Source: an uncultured virus (IMG/VR IMGVR_UViG_3300044733_004038) (lineage: Duplodnaviria > Heunggongvirae > Uroviricota > Caudoviricetes). Taken from it: a stretch of 64,000 bases of DNA. Under the pieces are notes generated by a model. That model saw only the letters and a list, made by a program, of their open reading frames with translations, was not told the DNA's origin and did not search any database. Numbering within the stretch: position 1 is the first letter of the stretch; each line of letters opens with the position of its first letter. The translations under genes were made by a program, and so were the position numbers. The stretch is taken from the IMG/VR virus record IMGVR_UViG_3300044733_004038; one strand, written 5' to 3'. Below, in pieces: positions 28,111 through 38,065 of the stretch.

Positions 28111-29923
28111 TAATCTTGCAAACGTGCAGCTTCATTTGGTTGATAGCTCACAAAAGGCAAGTGATTTCATACACTGGCTTAGCCAGCGTCGCCCATACGA
28201 CGCGCTGTCTGTAGACACAGAAACTGGCGAACTGCCTGGCAATCCTAGAGAGCACGCGTTCTCGCCATGGCATGGTCGACTGCGCTTAGTGCAGGTTGGT
28301 GATGGAGAACAAGGTTGGTCAATTCCATGGGGAGAATGGGCAGGTGTTTTCTATGAAGCAATGGATAAATTTGACGGACCGCTGATCTGTCACAACATTG
28401 CGTTTGAAGCTCGTTGGTTTGATGTTCAATCGCGTTGGAAGATGCCGTGGCACCGCGCACACGACACGATGATTATGGCGCACATCATCGATCCACTAGG
28501 CTCAGGAGCGCTTAAACGACTTGCAGCTTTGCACGTCGATGGCCGCGCTGTAACTCTACAAAACACACTTGATGAAGAACTTGCTAAGAACGGCTGGACT
28601 TGGGGAACAGTTCCAGTAGACTTCAAACCTTACTGGTCGTACGGCGCGCTAGACTGCGTGCTAACTACACGGCTGTGGGAAATGTTCTATAAGCAGTGTG
28701 GTCCAGATGGGCCGTACCACAAGCCTTATGAACTTGAAATGCAGACTCGTCGCATCGTCACTCGTATGGAGCTGAATGGCGCACGAGTAGATCTTGAGTA
28801 CTCAAAAAAGAAATACGAAGAACTTACGACGTACACCGAGTCAGTAAAAACCTGGGCCAAGCAGACGTACGGTGGCGCGTCAATCACTAGCAATCAACAA
28901 CTAGTTCGCTTGTTCGAGAGTATCGGAGCAGAGATCACAGAGTTTACGCCAACAGGGCAGAAATCGTGCACTAAAGACCAATTGAAGATTCTTAAAATCA
29001 ACGGCAACGATGAAGTCAAGCAACTTGCTGACATAGTTCTAAAACAGCGCAAGGCCGACAAACTTGCCAATACCTATTTTTCTAACTTTTTAAGCGAAAA
29101 TGTCAATGGGTTTGTTCACCCGTCTGTGAAGACTCTAGGTGCTAGAACTTCACGCATGTCAATACAAAACCCGGCGCTGCAGACACTGCCAAAAGGCGAC
29201 GATGTAGTGCGCAGGGCGTTTCTTCCAAAAGATGAAAATCACGTAATTGTTACATCAGACTTAGACCAAGTCGAATTTAGAATGTTCGCAAGTCTTTCAA
29301 ATGACAACAATTTGATTGATCTGTTTAACCGCGCTGACTCAATCGGGTCTGACCCCTTTACTGAGATTGGTCGTGAAATATATGCAGACCCGACAATGGA
29401 ACGCTCAGACAAGCGTCGTGGACTGATAAAAGGCACGGTCTACGGAAGACTCTATGGCGCTGGAGTTGCAAAACAGGCGATTACAGCAGGCGTTGCAGAA
29501 CCGCAAATGCGCGCTGTATCTGACGCTTTTGACCTGCGTTTTCCTGGAATGTCGTACTTTCAAAAGCAAGTTGAAGACGCCGGAATGCGTCGGCTCCGCG
29601 ACGAAGGTCAAGGTTATGTCTACACATGGACAGGCCGTCGACTGCCGTGCGACGAAGATCGTGTATACACTCTTGTCAATTACCTTATTCAAGGTGGAGC
29701 TGCTGAAGTGTTCAAATCAAATCTTGTGAAACTCGACCAAGCAGACTTGACAGAACTGTTGATCGTTCCAGTGCACGACGAAATCGTGCTAAACGCGCCG
29801 CGAAAAGACGCTGAAGAAATAAAAAGAATTGTAAAGCAGTGCATGACAACTTCAGACGGCTGGGCAGTTCCGCTAACTGCAGGTATTGATGGTCCACTTG
29901 AAACATGGGGAGAAAAGTACTAA
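28100..29923 (+). CDS. polA: family A DNA polymerase with 3'-5' exonuclease
   Basis: DTET, HN..F, YGALD (exonuclease); DLDQVEFR, KGTVYGRLYG, VHDE (polymerase motifs A/B/C). Confidence 0.95.
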   Translation: MSTDNLANVQLHLVDSSQKASDFIHWLSQRRPYDALSVDTETGELPGNPREHAFSPWHGRLRLVQVGDGEQGWSIPWGEWAGVFYEAMDKFDGPLICHNIAFEARWFDVQSRWKMPWHRAHDTMIMAHIIDPLGSGALKRLAALHVDGRAVTLQNTLDEELAKNGWTWGTVPVDFKPYWSYGALDCVLTTRLWEMFYKQCGPDGPYHKPYELEMQTRRIVTRMELNGARVDLEYSKKKYEELTTYTESVKTWAKQTYGGASITSNQQLVRLFESIGAEITEFTPTGQKSCTKDQLKILKINGNDEVKQLADIVLKQRKADKLANTYFSNFLSENVNGFVHPSVKTLGARTSRMSIQNPALQTLPKGDDVVRRAFLPKDENHVIVTSDLDQVEFRMFASLSNDNNLIDLFNRADSIGSDPFTEIGREIYADPTMERSDKRRGLIKGTVYGRLYGAGVAKQAITAGVAEPQMRAVSDAFDLRFPGMSYFQKQVEDAGMRRLRDEGQGYVYTWTGRRLPCDEDRVYTLVNYLIQGGAAEVFKSNLVKLDQADLTELLIVPVHDEIVLNAPRKDAEEIKRIVKQCMTTSDGWAVPLTAGIDGPLETWGEKY

Positions 29924-30393
29924 TGGGCGACAGAATTATTCTTTCAGTAGATCCGGGTAAAGCAAGCGGTATCTGCACTTTCTCAATTACGCCAGGCGGA
30001 GAGCCTGTGCTTGAGAAGTCTGGTGAGTACCAAATGAAAGAGTACCACTTGCCTATCTACGAAACGCTTAAATATGCTAAAGCAACAGACTCTAAAGTAG
30101 AGATCGTATGCGAGAGGTTTATTATAAATGCGCAGACAGTAAGGAACTCGCAAGCTCCGTATAGTTTGGAGCAGATTGGTATTTTGAAGTACATTATGCT
30201 TGACAACGGAATTGACCCTGATGAATTGATTTTTCAATCTCCATCAGACGCGAAGAAGATGTTCTCTAACGACGCTCTTAAAAAGCTAGAGTACTGGCAT
30301 AGAGGTGGAGAAGGTCACGCTCTTGACGCAATAAGACACGGGCTTCTTCGCTTAGTAAAGACTGGTTGGAAACCAATGAAATTGCTTAGATAG
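29923..30393 (+). CDS. RuvC-like Holliday junction resolvase
   Basis: ILSVDPG..SG, IVCERF, HALDAIRH. Confidence 0.7.
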   Translation: MGDRIILSVDPGKASGICTFSITPGGEPVLEKSGEYQMKEYHLPIYETLKYAKATDSKVEIVCERFIINAQTVRNSQAPYSLEQIGILKYIMLDNGIDPDELIFQSPSDAKKMFSNDALKKLEYWHRGGEGHALDAIRHGLLRLVKTGWKPMKLLR

Positions 30394-30446
30394 CCATATA
30401 CTAAGAAAATATCTGCAAACTTGCAGTAAAGTGTCTTAGTATATGG
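30394..30446. promoter_or_regulatory. nested inverted repeat upstream of helicase
   Basis: CCATATACTAAGA...TCTTAGTATATGG (13-bp perfect arms) enclosing CTGCAA-AC-TTGCAG. Confidence 0.6.
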
Positions 30447-30483
30447 TAATATAGACATACGAAATGACGGAAGGATTGTGTAG

Positions 30484-32274
30484 GTGACAGTACAAGCAGA
30501 ACTCGATAGCACGGGTAGATACATAATTATTAACGCTGAATGGCGTTACAAAGAGCTGTGCAAGAGTATCCCAGGCGCTACGTGGTCGTCTAGCGAGCAA
30601 ACGTGGAAAACACCTGTCGGCTGGGCAACGTGTCTAGCGTTGCGATCAACTTTTAAGTCAGAACTTGTCATTGGCCAGCGGTTAACTGACTGGGCGACAA
30701 ATGAGCTATTGACACGCGTTGCGCCTGCTAACGCTCTTCGTTCTGTTGAAGCAATTGACGGTGAAGACACGCTGTTTCCTCACCAACGCGCTGGTGTTCA
30801 GTTTCTTGCTACGGCACACAGGGCACTTCTTGCTGATGAGCCTGGTCTTGGGAAAACAGCACAAGCAATAACGGCGCTTAAAGAACTTCGCAGCCGCGGT
30901 GAAAAAGTGTTCCCCGCGCTTGTTGTTTGCCCAAACACGCTTAAAAAGAACTGGGAAAGAGAATTCGCCAGATGGTGGCCAGATGTAAAAGTGCAGGTAG
31001 TCAAAGGTTCAGCAATGCAACGACGGAAACAGTTTGAGGAAGATGTTGACGTATTTGTCATTAACTGGGAATCTCTTCGAGGTCACTCACGGCTGGCTTC
31101 TTATGGCTCGGTATCGTTAGCACGCTGCCGTGACTGCGGCGGCCATGATGAAAAGGTCACAGAAAACCGCTGTGAAGTTCATATTCGTGAACTTAATAAA
31201 ATTGACTTTAACTCAGTCATTGCCGACGAAATTCACCGCTCCAAAGAGCCTAAATCAAAACAGACGCGTGCACTTTGGGCGGCAACAGGCAGCGCAAAAT
31301 TTAGATTTGCTCTTACAGGTACACCTATCGCCAATAACGTTTTAGATCTTTGGCCGATTCTTCATTGGCTATCGCCTGAAGAATGGCCAAGCAAGACTCG
31401 CTGGGTTGATCGCATGATTAACACCATGTTGAATGCGTTTGGCGGAATGATGGTTCTTGGCGTAAAACCTCATATGGAAGAAGAATTTTACGCGGCGATA
31501 AATCCAAGAATGCGTCGAATGCTCAAAGCTAAGGTGTTGCAGTGGCTTCCGCCAGTAGTCACAGAGCGTCGTGATGTTGAGATGTCTACTAAGCAAAAGA
31601 AAGCGTATCAGCAAATGCGTGATCTTATGATTGCTGAACTTGAAGGTGGAGACGCTCTTACAGCGCCAAGTCCGCTAACTCAGACTATACGTCTTCTGCA
31701 GTTTGCCAGCTCGTACGCGCAGTTAGATATTGACGAAGACACTGGTGAAATAAAAGCGCTTCTTGCAGAGCCATCGTGCAAGGTAGACGCGCTTATGGAC
31801 GACATATCAAATGGAGACTTTGGTGATGATTCTGTCGCTGTATGCGCAGTATCTCGCCAACTTATTGAACTACTAAGTGCTCAGATGACTGCTAAAAAGA
31901 TACCTCACGGGTTAATTACAGGCGCGCAAAATGAGGACGAACGCCAGCAAGCCGTTGATGACTTCCAGTCTGGAAAAATTAAATGGATATTGTTCACTGC
32001 TCAGGCTGGAGGCGTTGGCATCACTCTTACCGCGGCTAGACGACTTGTCATGCTTCAACGTCCATGGTCACTTATTGATCATAAACAAGCAATGGACAGA
32101 GTACACCGCATTGGTAGTGAAATTCATGACAGCATCGTCATTATGGACTACGTAACAGAGGACACCATTGAAGAGCGTGTAATTCAAGTGCTAGATACAA
32201 AAGCAGACAACTTCGAACAAATCGTTCGAGATAAGGCGCAACTTCTAGATATGTTGCGATCGGAGAAAGCGTAA
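30484..32274 (+). CDS. SNF2-family helicase
   Basis: LADEPGLGKT, DEIH, LTGTP, GVGITL, QAMDRVHRIG. Confidence 0.92.
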   Translation: MTVQAELDSTGRYIIINAEWRYKELCKSIPGATWSSSEQTWKTPVGWATCLALRSTFKSELVIGQRLTDWATNELLTRVAPANALRSVEAIDGEDTLFPHQRAGVQFLATAHRALLADEPGLGKTAQAITALKELRSRGEKVFPALVVCPNTLKKNWEREFARWWPDVKVQVVKGSAMQRRKQFEEDVDVFVINWESLRGHSRLASYGSVSLARCRDCGGHDEKVTENRCEVHIRELNKIDFNSVIADEIHRSKEPKSKQTRALWAATGSAKFRFALTGTPIANNVLDLWPILHWLSPEEWPSKTRWVDRMINTMLNAFGGMMVLGVKPHMEEEFYAAINPRMRRMLKAKVLQWLPPVVTERRDVEMSTKQKKAYQQMRDLMIAELEGGDALTAPSPLTQTIRLLQFASSYAQLDIDEDTGEIKALLAEPSCKVDALMDDISNGDFGDDSVAVCAVSRQLIELLSAQMTAKKIPHGLITGAQNEDERQQAVDDFQSGKIKWILFTAQAGGVGITLTAARRLVMLQRPWSLIDHKQAMDRVHRIGSEIHDSIVIMDYVTEDTIEERVIQVLDTKADNFEQIVRDKAQLLDMLRSEKA

Positions 32275-33224
32275 TGACAGATACAGTCACACAAGTAAAC
32301 ATGCCGTACAAGCTCTCTAACAGCGAGCTGCAGACATACAAAGACTGCAGACGCAAGTGGTGGTTGGCGTATTACCGACGTCTTCAACCAAAGACTCAAA
32401 ACATGACCGGCGCGCTGGCGCTTGGTTCTAGAATTCACAACGCGCTTGACGCGTACTACGGCCAAGGTATTCCGCTGCTTGAGGCGCACTCGATGTTCGT
32501 AGACCGTGACAAGCAGGCTCTTATCGACAGTTACCGTGACACTGTAGACCTTGACAGTGAAGCCGAACTTGGGCGCATCATGCTTGAAGGATATCTTCAA
32601 TGGGTAGAAGAGAACGGTATTGATGCCGAGCTTGAAATGATCTCAACTGAAGAAATAATCAGCATGCCTTTGTTTGACGGTGCAGTCGAACTTCAAGGTA
32701 AACTTGACATGCGTGTTCGTCGTCGCGGTGACGGTGTGCGTATGTTCCGTGACTTTAAGACAGTCGGCGGATCATTCACAGACTTCACCTCAATGGCTCA
32801 CATGAATGAGCAGATCCTTACTTATATGATGCTGGAGACAGCGCAAAATAAGGAAGGAGAACGAAGTGAAGGTGGCATCTTTACAATGCTAAAAAAGGTC
32901 AAGCGTTCAGCAAACGCAAGGCCACCGTTCTACGAACAAATGGAAGTTCGCCATAATGTGTTCGCATTGCGATCATTTTGGGCAAGAATTCATGGAACAA
33001 TCAAAGACTTGATGGAGACAAAAAAGTCGCTTGATGAAGGCCACGATCATCACTTCGTTGCATACCCACGGCCTAGTCGTGACTGCAAATGGAAGTGTCA
33101 GTTCTTTAGTGTTTGTCCGCTTATCGACGACGGAAGCGCCGCCGAGAACGCAATCACTGAGATGTACGAGGTCGCCGACCCGTATGAATACTACAAATCA
33201 AGAGACATAAAAGGAAGTGAGTGA
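32274..33224 (+). CDS. PD-(D/E)XK (RecB/Cas4-like) exonuclease
   Basis: S.SEL..Y..C.R.W, G..IH, GKLD, DFKT, C.WKCQF..VC. Confidence 0.85.
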   Translation: MTDTVTQVNMPYKLSNSELQTYKDCRRKWWLAYYRRLQPKTQNMTGALALGSRIHNALDAYYGQGIPLLEAHSMFVDRDKQALIDSYRDTVDLDSEAELGRIMLEGYLQWVEENGIDAELEMISTEEIISMPLFDGAVELQGKLDMRVRRRGDGVRMFRDFKTVGGSFTDFTSMAHMNEQILTYMMLETAQNKEGERSEGGIFTMLKKVKRSANARPPFYEQMEVRHNVFALRSFWARIHGTIKDLMETKKSLDEGHDHHFVAYPRPSRDCKWKCQFFSVCPLIDDGSAAENAITEMYEVADPYEYYKSRDIKGSE

Positions 33225-33979
33225 CAATGGGTGAAGTACAACGCTCCTTGACCATGATGGTCTATGGAGAGTCTAAGGTAGGTAAATCAACATTTGCGGT
33301 GACAGCACCGTATCCTCGTCTCATGCTTGACGTTGAAGGCGGACATAGATTCTTGCCAATCAATGTTAAGTACTGGGATCCGCTACGGGAAGAACCACCA
33401 GTAGCAGACGGAACTTGGGATACATGCGTTGTAAACGTGACAGAGTATGACACAGTGCTTAAGGCGTATCAGTGGCTGCAGCTGGGTAAGCACCAGTTTA
33501 AGTCACTGATTATTGACTCCGTGTCTGAACTACAAGTTAAGTGCATGGATAACATTGCCGGTACAAATCAAATGCAGATGCAGCAATGGGGCGAACTTCT
33601 TCGTCACATGGGAGCGCTATTGCGTGACCTTCGTGACTTGACGATGCACCCGACTGCTCCGCTCGAGGCTGTAGTCCTCACCGCAATGGCACGTCAAAGC
33701 CAGGACGGTCGTTATCGTCCGTACTTGCAAGGTCAACTTGCAATTCAGGCGCCGTATTTCTACGACATCTTAGGAGCGATTACTGTTGAAGAATTCTCAA
33801 CAGGCGACCCTACGCAGCCTCCATACAAGGCGCGTCGTATGTACGTTGAGCGAACTAACCAGTTTGAAGCTGGAGAACGCGTTCAAGGTAGACTCGGCAA
33901 AATTGTCGAGCAGGAAAACCTCGGTATTGAGCGAATGCTTGATATTGTGTTTGGTGAAAAACCAAAAGCAAAAAAATAA
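33221..33979 (+). CDS. AAA ATPase (Sak4-like recombination protein)
   Basis: YGESKVGKST, LDVEGG, IIDSVSELQ; between the exonuclease and SSB genes. Confidence 0.8.
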   Translation: MTMGEVQRSLTMMVYGESKVGKSTFAVTAPYPRLMLDVEGGHRFLPINVKYWDPLREEPPVADGTWDTCVVNVTEYDTVLKAYQWLQLGKHQFKSLIIDSVSELQVKCMDNIAGTNQMQMQQWGELLRHMGALLRDLRDLTMHPTAPLEAVVLTAMARQSQDGRYRPYLQGQLAIQAPYFYDILGAITVEEFSTGDPTQPPYKARRMYVERTNQFEAGERVQGRLGKIVEQENLGIERMLDIVFGEKPKAKK

Positions 33980-34009
33980 ACCACGAGACAGAAAGATAGG
34001 TAACAGACA

Positions 34010-34555
34010 ATGAATACCCTAAACTGGGGAGACCTCGTCAAAGAGGCAGCAGACACCGGAAATTACGACCCGCTTCCGGACGGTGACTACGATCTTCAGA
34101 TCGTGGAAGCTGTAGCAAAAGTAACACAAACAGGAAAGACGATGTTCGCCGTAAAGGCGCAAGTCCAGACTGGAGCGCACGCAAAGCGCCTTGTTTGGGA
34201 CAACCTCGTTGTTTCAACCGATAACCCGACAGCACTTGGAATCTTCTTTCGCAAGATGAATTCTCTTGGTCTTAACCGGGAGTACTTTGCTCAGAGTCCT
34301 ACAAACGCTCAGATTGAACAGATCCTCAAAGGTCGATCGTTCCGCGCGCAGATTGGATCACGAACATGGCAAGGTCAGAAAAAGAACGAAATTAAGGCGT
34401 ACTACGCTGTTCAGGCTGCTGCAACCGCAGCAGCTGCTGCACCAGCACCAGCGCCTGCTCCAGCACCAGCACCAGCACCAGCTCCGGCGCCAGCCGCAGC
34501 GCCTGCTGCTGCGGCCGCAGCTGCTCCGGCGCCAGCGCCAACCGCACCGTTCTAA
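34010..34555 (+). CDS. single-stranded DNA-binding protein (DUF669-like) with (AP)n tail
   Basis: DPLPDGDY, GKTMF, KNEIK motifs; Ala/Pro tail ending in PF. Confidence 0.75.
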   Translation: MNTLNWGDLVKEAADTGNYDPLPDGDYDLQIVEAVAKVTQTGKTMFAVKAQVQTGAHAKRLVWDNLVVSTDNPTALGIFFRKMNSLGLNREYFAQSPTNAQIEQILKGRSFRAQIGSRTWQGQKKNEIKAYYAVQAAATAAAAAPAPAPAPAPAPAPAPAPAAAPAAAAAAAPAPAPTAPF

Positions 34556-34572
34556 GTTTACTTGGAACGCCC

Positions 34573-34610
34573 GTAAGACGTCGCTCTGCTTCGGTGGAGC
34601 GGCGTCTTAC
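34573..34610 (+). terminator. long hairpin with cUUCGg tetraloop
   Basis: GTAAGACGTCGCTCTGC-TTCG-GTGGAGCGGCGTCTTAC after the SSB gene; no U tract. Confidence 0.7.
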
Positions 34611-34631
34611 ACTAATCTACTTAAGGAACTT

Positions 34632-34730
34632 ATGACAATTATTGGAAAACGCAACAATCCGTGTGCTTGTAAGTCACCAGCTCCTGTCGACCCGTTCTGC
34701 GGTGACAGAGGCGTAGAAGACGACGACTAG
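34632..34730 (+). CDS. 32-aa Cys-containing micropeptide
   Basis: AAGGA RBS; MTIIGKRNNPCACKSPAPVDPFCGDRGVEDDD; fills the intergenic gap. Confidence 0.45.
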   Translation: MTIIGKRNNPCACKSPAPVDPFCGDRGVEDDD

Positions 34731-34747
34731 AAGAAAAGGAATCACAT

Positions 34748-35953
34748 ATGAAAATCCTAATGTCAGGTTTTACCGCGCTACAGATCAACACAGAACGACG
34801 AACAATTCAAAAAATTGACGTCCCTGGCTCAATAGTTAAAGCACTACGAGAATCTGGCCACGAAGTTGACTGGCGTAAAATTACACCAGGAGAAGATCTT
34901 TCTATTTATGACGTCGTGTGGGTCAATCTTGCTCCTTTAAACTCGTTAAATGGCCGTCAAGGCGCTATGGGCTCGTTGTACGCGCTTGGTTCTGGTCGCC
35001 CATGCGTTGGATTTTTTGATGACTGGCAGTTCAGCGCGGTGTTTAACGGTGCCAGAGCTTTGGGTCGTCACCCAGAAATGATTTACAAATATCTTCTTAC
35101 TGGAGAACGCGGTGATGAAAGCGCAACCTATTTCAGCAGAGCTGACGCTGAAGCCGCATATGCACGCGCAATTGCTCTTAATCCAAACGCAGTAGGCAAG
35201 ATCTACATCGACAGGTACTACTCGCTTGACACTGATGATGCTGTAAAACCTTATGAAAATATGATCGTCGAGTCTGCAAAAAACTTCTTAGAAAAGCGAT
35301 GGGCAGCAGGCATGGTGCCAGCGTGCCCAATGTATGGATTTGGAAACAGAACGTTAGTTCGTAAGCGCATGCCTAGCGTTATGGGACCAATCGAGGCCCT
35401 TGATCCGAGCTCAACGATATATGACACCCTTGAAGCAGTCACACCTGCTGACGCGGCTACAAAAAAGCGTTCGTGGGTTCTTGGCGCGTTGATGCCTCAC
35501 GACACATGGTTGGAAAGAAAGAGCCCTGCGTGGCCAGTTGAAATCGTAGGCAGTAGAAAACTTATTCGCAAATACGGCGGTCAGCGCTTTCAGACTGAAG
35601 CTGATGTTCTCGGCTTCTACAATGATCACTGGGGAATCTTGTCGCCGCCATACCCGCACGCTGGGTCAGGCTGGTGGCGTAGCCGATTCATGTACGCCGC
35701 TCGCGTCGGTTCAATTCTTGTGACTGATAAAGGAGAAGGCGACCCACTTGGCGCTCCATATAAACTAACTATCCGCCAGGTTGAGGCTATGAACGACGCC
35801 GAACTCAAAGAAGCAGCCGACGCACAGTCGGCGGCGCTTCGTCCGCACATGCCAACGTACCAATCGTTCGTCGAGCACTGCAACAGAATTGTTACACGAG
35901 CAGCTACTGAAGATAGAGGACTTAAACTCAACCCAGACGGCACAGTCGCATGA
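34748..35953 (+). CDS. GT-B glycosyltransferase, T4 beta-glucosyltransferase-like (1)
   Basis: MKIL...L...GHEVD...YDVVWVN..LNSLNG...VGFFDD parallels the T4 BGT N-domain as recalled; C-terminal WWRSRF..A. Confidence 0.6.
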   Translation: MKILMSGFTALQINTERRTIQKIDVPGSIVKALRESGHEVDWRKITPGEDLSIYDVVWVNLAPLNSLNGRQGAMGSLYALGSGRPCVGFFDDWQFSAVFNGARALGRHPEMIYKYLLTGERGDESATYFSRADAEAAYARAIALNPNAVGKIYIDRYYSLDTDDAVKPYENMIVESAKNFLEKRWAAGMVPACPMYGFGNRTLVRKRMPSVMGPIEALDPSSTIYDTLEAVTPADAATKKRSWVLGALMPHDTWLERKSPAWPVEIVGSRKLIRKYGGQRFQTEADVLGFYNDHWGILSPPYPHAGSGWWRSRFMYAARVGSILVTDKGEGDPLGAPYKLTIRQVEAMNDAELKEAADAQSAALRPHMPTYQSFVEHCNRIVTRAATEDRGLKLNPDGTVA

Positions 35954-36975
35954 AAAAAGTACTAGTTACGGGAATGACGTCATCGCAGTCGTCTATTCGC
36001 GCTAATCTTAGAACCCTGCAGTTTTCAGGAGTTCTTGTCGATATCCTTGAGAAAGCAGGCTACGACGTCACCCATGAACCGCCTTCTGTTGAATGGGACG
36101 CTGCGTTTTTAGACGAGTATGACGCTGTAGTTGCTGGTGTATCTCCAATCACAAGCGTGTCAGCTAACTACGCGTATGGCGGCCTCAGCGTAATAGACGC
36201 GCTTAAAGACAGTGATAAGTTGATTATGTTCATCGACGCTCCGGCTCCGCATCAGATTTTTTCTAGTCTGCGCGCAATTAGCACAGCTCCAGAGAATATT
36301 GTCAAACAGTTCTACTCATCACGTAAAGAGTACTTCGAAGCAGCGCGTCCTGGAGTTAAAAATAAGCTTCTTTCAGCTGTTGACTATTTGTTGAACGACA
36401 ACTGGAAGACATGTTTGTACCCAGAGCTGCCGTGGAACAACCACTACAAAGTGTGTGCTCAAGTAGGAGATAACGCCGCAAAAGCGCTAAAGCCAGTCAA
36501 TGTTGATTCTTACCTTGTGTCTGACACACCATCAACCACGGCTGTAGAAAAAGCTATCGTAAAAAAGCACGTTTGGGTGGCAAGTGACGTAACTTCAAGT
36601 TGGACTAAACGAGTTGCAGCGACGTCAAAGTTTCCGTTTACCGCGGCGAAAGACGGATACAAATCAACCGACGCGTCACTTAAAACAAAACTTGAAGGTT
36701 CTTCTGGCGCCGCAATTTCTCCTCATGGGCGAGACGGGTCTTGGTGGAGTCCGATGTTTGCCTACGCAATGAACACGATTACTCCTGTTGTTACCGACTG
36801 GCGAGACAGTGGCGCCATCGGTGATGCATGGAATTATATTGCTTCAGCCGTTGAAGATCTTGATCCTTTTGATAGAATTGACCTGTCATTCAGCCAAAAA
36901 GAACAATATGCTGATAAAATTCCAGATAGATCTACAGTTTTACAAACGCTAGAAACACATTTACAACTACAGTAA
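35950..36975 (+). CDS. GT-B glycosyltransferase-like paralog (2)
   Basis: Colinear with the previous gene (KVLVTG, GYDV, YDAVV, MFID, GSWWS); ATGA overlap. Confidence 0.55.
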   Translation: MKKVLVTGMTSSQSSIRANLRTLQFSGVLVDILEKAGYDVTHEPPSVEWDAAFLDEYDAVVAGVSPITSVSANYAYGGLSVIDALKDSDKLIMFIDAPAPHQIFSSLRAISTAPENIVKQFYSSRKEYFEAARPGVKNKLLSAVDYLLNDNWKTCLYPELPWNNHYKVCAQVGDNAAKALKPVNVDSYLVSDTPSTTAVEKAIVKKHVWVASDVTSSWTKRVAATSKFPFTAAKDGYKSTDASLKTKLEGSSGAAISPHGRDGSWWSPMFAYAMNTITPVVTDWRDSGAIGDAWNYIASAVEDLDPFDRIDLSFSQKEQYADKIPDRSTVLQTLETHLQLQ

Positions 36976-36981
36976 GGACAT

Positions 36982-37449
36982 ATGGGACTATTATTCAACG
37001 ACTGGCTGGCAAAGACTAAGCAGCTACAGCAAGAGTCATATGGTGTGTCTTATGAGAAGTTTGAAGGCAGTCAGCCGCAGGAATTAAACAATATCATTGA
37101 GTACTTGCGCTGGAACATGCTCGCGATAGACGATGAGCTCGCCGAGGTGCGCAAAGAGATCTCGTGGAAGCCGTGGCAACACGATGATCCGTACGTTAAT
37201 CGCGAGGCAGTGATTAAAGAGTGTGTTGACATTTTGCATTTTGTTGCGAACATAATATGCGCAGTCGGTGGAACTGACCAGCAACTGGACTCGTACTACG
37301 TCAACAAGATGGAAGTCAACAGACAGCGTCAAATCAAAGGATACAAAGTCAAAAGTGACGGCGTCAAGTGTAGTAAATGCACTCGTGCTTTAGATGATTT
37401 TGACGTAAGCACGTGCCCTGAACAAGAATGTCCTGGAAAGGTTAAGTAA
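36982..37449 (+). CDS. all-alpha NTP pyrophosphatase (dimeric dUTPase/dCTPase, MazG-like) with C-terminal Cys cluster
   Basis: DELAE..E..WKPW...KECVDILHF. Confidence 0.85.
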   Translation: MGLLFNDWLAKTKQLQQESYGVSYEKFEGSQPQELNNIIEYLRWNMLAIDDELAEVRKEISWKPWQHDDPYVNREAVIKECVDILHFVANIICAVGGTDQQLDSYYVNKMEVNRQRQIKGYKVKSDGVKCSKCTRALDDFDVSTCPEQECPGKVK

Positions 37450-37868
37450 TGCCAAGCGTAGATTATCAATGGGTTCGTGAGCAACTACAGGCTCACAAGA
37501 TAAGGGTAGGAGTTGGCAACACAGTACTTGAGCTGCTTGCCGCTTGGGAAAAAGGCAAGCACAGTTCAAAGCAAAACCAAGAAGTTATTGAGCTGTTCAC
37601 TAAGTTTGCGCAAAACATTCCGCTTACAGAAGATGCGCCTGATGAAACCTGGGTGCCCGCGCAGCCTGGAAACATCGTAGTTGGTGATGTTATTCGTGTG
37701 AAGATAGACGCGTTTACAGATGAAACTGGTCGCATTCACAATGGACGCAGAGGGAAGGTAGTTGCAGTACGCTATGGAGACGTGATTTTTAAGTCTACAG
37801 ACGGTAAGACACCGCTTCTTGATGGAGTTCACTATTCTCCGTACGCGCTGGAAAAAAGGATCAAATAA
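37449..37868 (+). CDS. hypothetical protein (SH3/KOW-like C-terminus)
   Basis: VGDVIRV....NGRRGKVVAV; translationally coupled ORF. Confidence 0.7.
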   Translation: MPSVDYQWVREQLQAHKIRVGVGNTVLELLAAWEKGKHSSKQNQEVIELFTKFAQNIPLTEDAPDETWVPAQPGNIVVGDVIRVKIDAFTDETGRIHNGRRGKVVAVRYGDVIFKSTDGKTPLLDGVHYSPYALEKRIK

Positions 37869-38065
37869 TGCGCCAATTCATAGAGTACAAAGTCTACGGC
37901 AAAACAATTGCCGAAATTGCAGAAAACGCAGAGAAAGAATGGCGTGATCTTACAGATAATTCAACCGCGGTGCTTCCTCGCGACACTGAGATTCATATAG
38001 TGTCTCACAGCGCCGACGAGTACGTTGGTAACGTACAAATTAGAGCACGGACTGAAGACAAATGA
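37868..38065 (+). CDS. hypothetical protein
   Basis: TAATG and ATGA coupling on both sides. Confidence 0.7.
   Translation: MRQFIEYKVYGKTIAEIAENAEKEWRDLTDNSTAVLPRDTEIHIVSHSADEYVGNVQIRARTEDK

Noticed and set aside
32274..33224. Cas4 as part of a CRISPR-Cas system
   Set aside because: No other cas genes or array; the context is a phage exonuclease/ATPase/SSB module.
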